Below are positions 53,862 to 64,000 of a DNA stretch of 64,000 bases, piece by piece (position 1 is the stretch's first letter; the number at the start of each line of letters is the position of its first letter). This DNA is from Eledone cirrhosa. Taxonomy: Eukaryota. The DNA lies in NCBI GenBank assembly GCA_964016885.1, contig OZ024743.1, positions 148,490,001 to 148,554,000 on the forward strand, in the 5' to 3' direction. The notes beneath the pieces are model-generated. The model searched no databases. It was not told the DNA's origin and saw nothing but the letters and a program-made list of their open reading frames with translations. The position numbers and the translations under genes were made by a program.

Positions 53862-54574
53862 TTGTTCATTGAAATAACAAAAATTAGTTTGACTAGTAAC
53901 TGAAGCCTCTTAAATTCAACCTCACATACACTCACACACATATACTTGTCAGTCATTGCATATGTATATGTATGTGTAGATGTGTATGTGTGTTTAATTC
54001 TCTGTGTATCTGATTAAATAATTATGTGAAGATGAGTGTGTATGTAACTTACTAAGGCCTAAACACACACAGACACACTCATATACAAAATGTGATGTCA
54101 TTGTCGTCGTGTTATAAAATGTCCATTTACTTATTATCTACAGTAGGTTATTTTAGATAAAATGTTATATTGTTTTAATCCAAACGAAAATAAAAATTAC
54201 ATGTTGTAAAGTTTGATTTGATTTGGTCGAGCCGTTTCAGAATGCTTAAGGAAAAGACAGAGAGACAAAATTGTTTATATATATAGAGATGCCACTTAAC
54301 CCTTTCATTACCATATTTTTTAGGTAAGACACTGATTATGTGTTTCAATTATTTTTTAAGATAACCAAACCTTTGGAGAAAGTTAATAAAATAACTCAGA
54401 TAGTAAGCAGATTAGTAAGCAGATAGAACATTACATATCAAAATTCTCAAAATAAAATTATGATGAACGGTGTTGTTGTAAGGATAAACATTTTAAAATG
54501 TAACACAAACTTCAAAAAACCTGCCAACCACCTGATCTCCTATACATCAACAAATACCAAGTAGAATCTACTGT

Positions 54575-55358
54575 GCCATAATCTGGTGGCGCTCTTAGAA
54601 AAGAAGGAGGAGATGAGTGGCTTGTGAAGGCTGTACAAGCAATGTATAGGGGCGCAGTCAACAAACTTAGGATTAACAACGACTATAGCGAAGAATTTAG
54701 TGTGCAGGTTGGCATCCACCAGGGCTCTGTTCTTAACCCTCTCCTGTTTATTATCGTATTGCAGACTATAACAGAGGAGTTTAAGACTGGCTGCCCATGG
54801 GAACTCCTGTACATGAATGATCTTACACTCATAAGTTGAGGAACTAGAAAAGCAGAAAAGAAATTCTAAAGCTGGAAGAATGGCCTAAGGGTCATAAAGT
54901 CAAACTGACAAAGTCTAAGACCCTAGTAAGTAGAAGAGAAAACAGAACCCTGATCGCCTTGAGAAAATTGCCTTGCTCAGCATTGAATTAGAAATTCCAT
55001 CCTCTCTCCCAAATGCAAAGAGATGTAGTGGGATCTCAGGTAGTTTAGCTATGAAAGTAAGTCTTTCATGTATCCATTGCACCATAGCAGTAGACAGCAG
55101 CTGACCACAGGAAACAAGTTCTATCAAATTCTGGGAAGGCTCGGCAGAGCAGTAGACAGCTTCTGCTCCCTGAGTGACCAAATGGGCAGCAGAGGTGGGT
55201 GTTCTGAAAGTAGGGTAGCCAGAGTGAGAACTGGATGGAAGAAGTTCAGGGAGCTACTACCACTGCTAGATACAAAAGGCTTTTCTCTCAAAATGAAAGG
55301 CAGACTGTATGATGCGTGTATATGAACAGCAATGTTGCATAGTAGTGAGACCTGGACA
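54575..55358 (+). pseudogene. Degenerate RTE RT fragment
   Basis: HQGSVLNPLLF, CPWELLY, RVRTGWKKFRELLPLL. Confidence 0.88.
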
Positions 55359-55986
55359 AAGATTGGAAATAAATTATTATTATTATAGTTGTTGTTGTTT
55401 TGACCATTTCAACAGGCTGATCTTAGGCTGATTATCATACTGAAAAAGCAAGTCCTAAGAAATGACTAAGGATACGTTGAAGTTTCTTTCTTTTCTTATA
55501 TTTCAAGAACATTCCACAGAATTTAAGCTATTCTTAACAATATCATTTACTTAAAACCTCACATTTTGTAAATCTCTCTCTTCAAGTGTTGATACTTCTA
55601 AATCATTTCCTTTTTCCTTTTCTTTTTCAAATTCTGTTACCCTCTGGCAATGCTACATATATTATCCAGTAAATTTTGTCTTTCTCAAAAATAACAATAT
55701 CAGGTCTTCTCTCATGTATTTAATGACGACATTGGATTTTTCTGTCACTAAGTAGTTACTTTTCTGCTCAGCTTATATTTCTTTTTCAACTTCAATTGCA
55801 CAATCCTGGCAATGTTGTCATGACTCCTTTTTTATTCCTCTCATTATTGTTTTGACTACCCATGCTTTATTAAATGTAAACCCCACACTCTGTATTATTT
55901 GTTGTTTAATTTGTTTCACTTTTGTACTGTATCTAATGATATAATTTCTTGAGGCCAATAAAGAAATTATTATTATTTTGGGGATG

Positions 55987-56184
55987 GAAGGCGGTGGAAT
56001 GGCAGTATCGGTAGAGGGTCGGACGCCATGCTTTTAAGCATAGAGTTACCTCCCTGTATGATCTGAGTTCAAATCCCACCGAGGTTAACTTTGCCTTTCA
56101 TCCTTACGGGGTCGATAAAATAAAGTACCAGTAAAGCACTGGGTAATTGCTGGCCTTGTGCCAAAAGTAGAAACAATTATTATT
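55987..56184 (+). mobile_element. Full-length tRNA-derived SINE (Meta/MESC-like domain); partial copy at 56220-56350
   Basis: A box TGGCAGTATCGG, B box GAGTTCAAATCC, GAGGTTAACTTTGCCTTTCATCC, and an (ATT)n tail. Confidence 0.85.
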
Positions 56185-56994
56185 TGCATGTCAGGCAAAC
56201 TTCTTTATGGCATTTAGTTATGGCGAGATCTAATTTGCCTTTTATACTTCTGGGGTCGATAAAATAAAGTACCAATAAGGTATTGGGTTGATATAATCAC
56301 ATTTCTACTTCCCGCAAATTGTTAGCCTTGTGACTAATTTAGAAGCCATAATTATTATAATCATTAGCATACATTTAAGTTTTGTGTGAGTTCTATGGCA
56401 CCACGTCTATGTTTGGTCTGTATTACATATTGGTGATGTAAAATTCTATTTGTATAGCACATTAGATACATCGGATAGTGATTGTGTAGAGTATGTCTTA
56501 GACTTTGTTGTCGCTCTTGTGTAGAATGTGTGTTGTATGTGTTGATGGTGGTATATCAGGTGTCAATTATATAAGAGAACATATGGTGTATTTTAAAGGA
56601 TGCTGATTGTTGTAGATCATGTATTGTGTAAGTTGTACTGAAAGTATACTAGGTCATTTGTGGCACTAAATAATGTAGACTGTTCCTCGTGGGACTATTG
56701 CTTCTTTTACTAGGACTTTGTATAGATGTGTAAGCTTCAAATATGTGTATTTATGTTTCTCTTTATCCCATATAAAACTCCAAGCAACATTTATACTGTT
56801 TTTCCTTTCATACCTCAATGACACTTTCTATATATTTTCATTTGAAGATCCTTGTAATTTCATAGTTTTTGTTTTCATGTTTACACATACATACATGTTG
56901 TTGCTGTTGCTGTTGTTGTTACAGCTCACACCTATGCAGGTTTAGCTGGCCTCCTCCAAGGTATATCTCGTTGGAGGTGTCTTGGGTGATTTAA

Positions 56995-57156
56995 TGATAG
57001 GGACCCCAGTCCTATCATCTCATTTCTACAGCTGAGTAAACTGGAGCAACCTGAAATAAAGTGTCTTGCTCAAGGAAACAAGACATCACCTGGTTGGAGA
57101 ATTGAACTCACAACCTTTCGATTGCAAGCCCAATGCTCTAACCACTAAGCCATGCA
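56995..57156 (-). mobile_element. CORE-like SINE head and core
   Basis: Reverse complement of 16277-16440. Confidence 0.82.
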
Positions 57157-57284
57157 TACATGCATACATACATATACACAAACATGTACACGCACATACA
57201 TATATACATACATACATAGATGATGGCTGCAACTCGATTTCAAGTAATGCCTTTGCTTGATACTTAAGTATGAACATCATAGAC

Positions 57285-57510
57285 GTGGGTTTTTAGTCCT
57301 GTTAGTAACTTGCGTATGGCCAGCAATACCACGCAACACAAAAAAATGTCACATATCAAGCGATGCCTGTGTTTGAAGCTTTTTTAAGTGAGGAAAGGGT
57401 TTCCATGGGGTGAATCCTACATGGTCAACATCACTGGATGCAAACGAAGTTGCAGGTTTTTATATCAGAGTGACCTTCTCCTAGGCAGATATCTTAATGA
57501 CAACTAGGAG
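57285..57510 (-). mobile_element. Diverged RTE-5'UTR-like non-autonomous copy
   Basis: Minus strand TAGGAGAAGGTCACTCTGATATAAAAACCTGCAAC versus 29947-29982. Confidence 0.55.
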
Positions 57511-57837
57511 TATCTTGCTTGACAAAAAAAAAAAAAAAATACATTCATACATTCAGACAGATGGAGTGACAGACATGTATGCATGCATACATGTCTGTCA
57601 ACACAATCTAATGTCCTGAAATAATAATGATGCATGCATGAACGTGTATATGTGTGATACAGACATGTATACATAGGTACAATTATCAATTAGTATACAT
57701 AGGTACAATTCATGGTAGTATACAAAATTGATAAAACAGACTTTGAAACGATGGTAATGAATGATGATGCTTTATGTTTATGTTTTTAGTTACTTTCATA
57801 TTTAAACCACTTATGACTAGATTTTGAATTTCTTGCC

Positions 57838-58038
57838 TCCCGATATGCTGGTCACTGCCACCATGCCACCTATGAGTTTGTGTCCCCATTAGTGCTTTGG
57901 AAACTACAAGCAATCACTAATAACAGGGAGCGCAAGCTCTCCTATCCAGATGTCATCTCCAGAGATTCTGGTTTTGAAATCCAGGATTTGATAGTTGCAA
58001 TGAACGACAGACCCCAGTAGAGATCAATTGTTGAGTCA
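57838..58038 (+). pseudogene. C-terminal relic of a different RTE family
   Basis: Translated by hand: RYAGHCHH..LVLWK..SYPDVISRDSG..DLIVAMNDRPQ*RSIV. Confidence 0.65.
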
Positions 58039-59149
58039 AAATGCATACACACACACACGTAAACACACACTCACATGCACCCTTGTCAAATAATGATGAT
58101 ATTGATGAGATATATATATATATATATATACAGCACAGTAAAAGAGATGAAAAATGAGTGATGATGATGATATAAATAATACATATGTGTTTATATGTGT
58201 GTGAGTAGAAAATGGAAGAATTTGTAATTGTGGCATGTGTAAAACTATCTGGAGAATACTGACAACACATTTTCAATATTGTTTATATCATATTAATTTC
58301 ACATTATAATTTACGTTTATATATGATGATGGTGATGACCATGTGACAACAATGCTGCTGATGATAAAGTTGATAATTACAGTGATGATGATTTTGAGTG
58401 GTGGGAGGGAGGGAATCATTTATTTAACGATACATATATTTTATTATATATATCTCTTGTTATTTGACCATCAACACAACTACGACAACTGCTGATGCAA
58501 CTACTGCCACCACCACCAACACTAGCATCACCACCACTATCATCATGCTTCTCAGTCCTCATTATTATCACTCCAGCACCATCATTACCATCATCATTTC
58601 AGTCTAACATCTAACTATTATATTGTCTCCATAATTCTTTTAGTTCGGTGAATAAGAATCAGATATAAACTAAACAGTAAAAAGTTTAAAAATAAAAAAC
58701 TCCAAAATATGAAATAAAATATATAATAAAGAAGCATTAGAAAATTTAAAGTAAAAGTAAACATAAAATAAGGATAAAGAAATATATAAAAATGAAAACA
58801 ATTGAAAGAAAATGATATGTTATAAAAATATATGTATATTTAAATGATGAAAAGAAATGAGAAGAAGAAAAAGAAGAAGAGGTGTTGGTGGGGATGAAGG
58901 GGATGGGATTGGAGAGATGAAGAAATGGTGGAGGTGACATTCTAACAGAAACTTAAAAATCTCTCTGGTTCTCTTTGTCATTTGTGAAAAAGGAACAATA
59001 GGTAATTAGTTAGTGATATGGCAATTGAGAGGGGAAAATCTAATTTTGCGATGATGATGAGTTGTACTGTAGTCATTCTTGTAGGGTCCAAGAGACAAAT
59101 GAGCAAGATAGCAAATAATAATAATAATAATTATAATAATAATGATAAA

Positions 59150-59220
59150 AATTATATATATATATATATATACATATGTACATTCACGCATTCATTTATT
59201 TATATATGTATATATGTATA

Positions 59221-59298
<78 letters not shown>

Positions 59299-59338
59299 TA
59301 TATTTATATATGTATATATGTATATATGTATATACGTA

Positions 59339-59375
<37 letters not shown>

Positions 59376-59485
59376 GTATATATAGAGAGAGAGATATATA
59401 CATACATATATATATATACATATACATATATATATGTATATATATATATTTATATATATATACATATACATACATATACATACAT

Positions 59486-59532
<47 letters not shown>

Positions 59533-59561
59533 CTTGGATACTAACATTTATGTACTTTTAG

Positions 59562-59605
<44 letters not shown>

Positions 59606-59606
59606 A
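59150..59606. repeat. (TA)n microsatellite; (TATG)n block at 60290-60560
   Basis: Direct inspection. Confidence 0.95.
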
Positions 59607-60409
59607 AAAATAGACTCATCCACACGTTTGTAGAAACAAATACCTACTCCCATATATATATGTGCATATATGTAGATATATATGTGTGTGTGGGTGTATA
59701 CAAATTCATATATATAAATATATACATATCACGCACATTCAACATACACATACATATACAAAAGGGGACACACGCATACACATATACACATACATACAGA
59801 TGATTACTTGTCTATTCAATACCACCATTACAACTACCACTACCACCACCACTACCACCTCTATCATTAGACACTATCAGTATCAGTAGCTGTATATGTC
59901 TTCTTTATCCTTTTTTTCCAAGACCCTCTGACATCAATTTAGTGTGATTCTTGGTGAGGGCATCATAAACTTGCTACATATTTCATTCATTTCCTCTGAA
60001 ATTAGCCAATTAAAGAAAGATTTAATTAACTTAACAAAGTCCTCTGTAATTTATGATTCTACTTAATTGAGATGCCAATACTTCTTGTGTGTGTCTCCTT
60101 GTTTGTTGGTGCTGAAATTTAGTGAAGGACATAGGTCCATATTATAATGCCATATATTTTCCCAATACAATACAGATGTAATTCTTTAGATTTCTCAATA
60201 GACAGTGAAATATCTTCTCCTAGTGGCGTGAAGGTGGAGAAATTGAGTTGGGATGTATGATGGGAGACAACAACAGAAAAAACAATTATATATATGTGTG
60301 TATGAGTGTATATATGTATGTATGTATGTGTATGTACATGTATGAATGTACGTATGTATATATGTATGTGTGTGTGTGTGGTGTGTGTGAGTATATGTAT
60401 GTATGTATG

Positions 60410-60442
<33 letters not shown>

Positions 60443-60624
60443 GTGCGTGTATGTTTGTGTATATATGTATGTATGTATGTATATATGTATGTATGTATGT
60501 ATGTGTGCGTGTATGTTTGTGTGTATATATATATATGTATGTATGTATATACATACACACTCACTCATACACACACACATATATAAAGTAATTTTAAATA
60601 AATAAAACAAAGACCACTAAATAG

Positions 60625-62418
60625 AAAGAGAGAGTGAGGATGAATGAGGGAGAAAGGAAGAAGAAAAAGAGAGGAAGAAGTAGAGGGAGTGAGGAAGAAG
60701 AAGTGCGAGAGAGGAAGAAGAAGAGGGGGAGAGGAAGAAGAAGAAGAAGAAGAGAGGAAGAAAGAAGAGGGAGAGAGGATGAAGTAGAGGGAGAGAGGAT
60801 GAAGTAGAGGGAGAGAGGAAGAAAAAGAGGGAGAGAGGAAGAAGAAGAGGGAGAGAGGATGAAGAAGAGGAAGAAGAAGAGGAAGAAGAAGAGGGAGAGA
60901 GGAAGAAGAAGAGGGAGGAAGAAGAAGAGGGAGAGAGGAAGAGGAAGAGGAAGTGAGGAAGAAGAAGTGCGAGAGAGGAAGAAGAAGAGGGGGAGAGGAA
61001 GAAGAAGAAGAGAGGAAGAAGAAGAGGGAGAGAGTAAGAAGAAGCGGGAGAGAGGAATAAGAAGAGGGAGAGAGGAAGAAGAAGAGGGAGAGAGGAAGAA
61101 GAAGAGGCAGAGAGGAAGAAGAAGAGGGAGAGAAGAAGAAGAAGAAGAAGAAGGAGAAGAAGAGGGAGAGAGGAAGAAGAAGAGGGAGAGAGGAAGAAGA
61201 AGAGGGCGAGAGGAAGAAGAAGAGGGAGAGAGGAAGAAGAAGAGGGAGAGAGGTAGAAGATGAGGGAGAGAGGATGAAGTAGAGGGAGAGAGGAAGAAGA
61301 AGAGGGAGAGAGGGAGAAGAAGAGGGAGAGAGAGAGAGAGGAAGAAAAAAGAGGGAGAGAGGAAGAAGAGGGAGAGAGGAAGAAGAAGAGGGAGAGAGGA
61401 AGAAGAAGAGGGAGAGAGGAAGAAGAAGAGGGAGAGAGGAAGAAGAAGAGGGAGAGAAGAAGAAGAAGAAGAAGAAGAAGAAGAAGAAGAAGAAGAAGAG
61501 GGAGAGAGGAAGAAGAAGAGGGAGAGAGGAAGAAGAAGAGGGCGAGAGGAAGAAGAAGAGGGAGAGAGGAAGAAGAAGAGGGAGAGAGGTAGAAGATGAG
61601 GGAGAGAGGATGAAGTAGAGGGAGAGAGGAAGAAGAAGAGGGAGAGAGGAAGAAGAGGGCGAGAGGAAGAAGAAGAGGGAGAGAGAGAGAGAGAGAGGAA
61701 GAAAAAAGAGGGAGAGAGGAAGAAGAGGGAGAGAGGAAGAAGAAGAGGGAGAGAGGAAGAAGAAGAGGGAGAGAGGAAGAAGAAGAGGGAGAGAGGAAGA
61801 AGAAGAAGAAGAAGAAGAAGAAGAAGAAGAAGAAGAAGAAGAAGAAGGAGAGAGGAAGAAGAAGAGGGAGAGAGGAAGAAGAAGAGGGCGAGAGGAAGAA
61901 GAAGAGGGAGAGAGGAAGAAGAAGAGGGAGAGAGGAAGAAGAAGAAGAAGGAGAGAGGAAGAAGAAGAGAGGGAGAGGAAGAAGAAGAAGAGAGCAAGAA
62001 GAAGAGGGAGCGAGGAAGAAGAAGAGGGCGAGAGTAAGAAGAAGAGGGAGAGAGAAAGAAGAAGAGGGAGAGAGGAAGAAGAGGGAGAGAGGAAGAAGAA
62101 GAGGGAGAGAGTAAGAAGAGGGATGGAGAAAGAAGAAGTGCGAGAGAGGAAGAAGAAGAGGGAGAGAGGAAGACGAAGAGGGAGAGAGGAAGAAAAAGAG
62201 GGCGAGAGTAAGAAGAAGAGGGAGAGAGGAAGAAGAAGAGGGAGAGAGGAAGAAGAAGAGGGAATGAGGAAGAAGAGGGAGAGAGAAAGAAGAAGTGCGA
62301 GAGAGGAAGAAGAAGAAGAGGGAGAGAGGAAGAAAAAGAGGGAGAGAGGAAGAAGAAGAGGGAGAGATGAAGAATGAGCGGGAGAGAGAGGGAGAAGAAG
62401 AGGGAGAGACAGACAAGA
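60625..62418. repeat. ~1.8-kb homopurine minisatellite with a 20-bp unit GAGGGAGAGAGGAAGAAGAA and (GAA)n expansions
   Basis: Direct inspection; the + strand is almost free of pyrimidines. Confidence 0.95.
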
Positions 62419-63602
62419 GATAGTTAGGTTTTGTAGTGTATAAGATGATAGGAAAACCTGAAGAAAGTAAAATGTTACAGGGAAAGGACAATAATAACAA
62501 TAATAGGAAAATGATGATGATGATGATGATGACAATGACAACAACAATGATGATTGTAGGGGTGCTGATGATCCTGGACATGAAGCTGATGGTCATGATG
62601 ATCATGGAGACGGTGGTAGTGATTAGAGTGATGGTAATGCTAATGGTGATAGTGATGGTAATGATGATTAGGTTGATAGGATATCTATATTTAACAATGA
62701 TAACATTGAAAGTGACAGTGCATATTCACACACACATATACACAATTACTTATATACATACACAACCCCAACCTTAGCTCAGCTAGTATGTCTGTCTTAT
62801 TTATGTATTGTATTTGTTATTTTTATTGGGGGTGGGGTTAGTATTGTTGTAGCCACCCCCATTTTAATTTGTCATAATTCTTGAAACACCTTGCTTTATA
62901 ATTCTATAATAGTGCTTACAACACATATATTTCTCCATTATCAAAGAAAAATAGCTGTTTATAATGTAACTTATTGTTTGACTAATGTTAATGGAAAACT
63001 AACTGTCTGTATGTGTTGGAAAGATATATTAGATGATGTTAGAAATCTTTAATAAGGATACATTACCATTTTTTTTTTATTTCAAACTAATATTCTACAT
63101 TAATGCTGAATGATGTTAACTCTAAAAAGCTTTTGCAAGCCCCAGAATAACCTTTTGACTCCTCTCATTTCCAAATATTTCATTTTTTTGTCTTTCTCAT
63201 GTATCTTGCTTGGTAGTAGACTTAATCCATTCGACAGTTTAGCACATTTGTTATTTCCAATGACAAACACTACCTATGATTTGAAAATAATTTTGAAAAT
63301 AGTCAAGAATTTGGAGGGATTTACTAATTTTATCAATATTAAGCTAACGAGTGGAGCTTAACAAATATTCTTACATAAAATTGTAATGGAAGGTTTTCAT
63401 AAATGTACATATTAATATATTACAATAAACAGTTTTGTATCTTAAAAACCAGGAGCAGTTTCAGGCAGTTTCATATCAAAGGAGATATGACAATCAGTTG
63501 ACACACTAGGGTACTTTAATGAAGTTCTCTCTGCTGCAAACATTCGGACCAGATCATCAGTTTGGAGGATCAAAATAATACCCATTACATTCCTTATGTG
63601 AA

Positions 63603-63830
63603 GATATGTGACATAGTGGTTAGGGTGCTTATGATTGTAAAGTCATGAGTTCAATTCTAGGACTAGTCCACGCATCGCATCCTTGAACAAAACACTTTAT
63701 TTCACATTGTTTATTTGTACCTGTAATTCAATGAGCCAGCCTTGTCACACATTGTGTCATGCTGAATTTCTTTTACAACTATACTAAGGGTTAATGTGCC
63801 TGTGAAATGCTCAGCCAGTTACATGTTGAT
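63603..63830 (+). mobile_element. Degenerate CORE-like SINE
   Basis: TAGTGGTTAG..GAGTTCAATTC..CCTTGAACAAAACACTTTATTTCACATTG. Confidence 0.6.
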
Positions 63831-64000
63831 TGAACCATCTCAAGCACTCATCATCAGAACCAACAGAGGTTCAATATGAACAACACATTTCTGCCACAAC
63901 AATCTTTAAATAGTGTAGAAAGAGACAGGTTTCTACAAAGCTTGCTATAAATAAGAGTTGGCCTAAGGGCCAATATATAAAAGTTGGATAAAGCAAGAAC

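Noticed and set aside
54296-54490. TTAACCCTTT start suggestive of a piggyBac-type MITE
   Set aside because: No matching right-hand TIR is visible.
60565-62605. 660-, 467- and 662-aa Ser/Leu/Phe/Pro-rich ORFs
   Set aside because: All three frames are open because a pyrimidine-only strand cannot form stop codons; this is the minisatellite.

Overview
AT-rich, repeat-saturated eukaryotic DNA with no recognisable host gene and no prokaryotic features. The SINE and LINE content resembles coleoid cephalopod (octopus-like) DNA; this is an inference, not a database result. Supported content: (i) long (TA)n microsatellites, which account for nearly all the IY/YI ORFs and host most of the insertions; (ii) RTE-clade LINEs, with two near-full-length disrupted copies at ~25.5-29.2 kb (-) and ~40.3-44.1 kb (+) plus several relics, in which a C4-H-C3 PHD-like finger sits inside the RT region; (iii) Penelope-like elements (PLEs; RT/GIY-YIG) and their pseudo-LTR fragments; (iv) a complete Tc1/mariner element with a DD36E triad and one frameshift; (v) tRNA-derived SINEs; (vi) a 1.8-kb homopurine minisatellite. 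The main signal outside the ORF track is a set of about 13 type I hammerhead ribozyme (HHR) motifs, intact or degenerate, in six or seven sequence families, all found by eye. They include a ~420-nt non-coding, circularly permuted, greater-than-unit-length retrozyme-like family with an octamer (ATGCAAAT) 80-100 nt upstream of the ribozyme, and a PLE HHR with a compensatory U3-A8 core.
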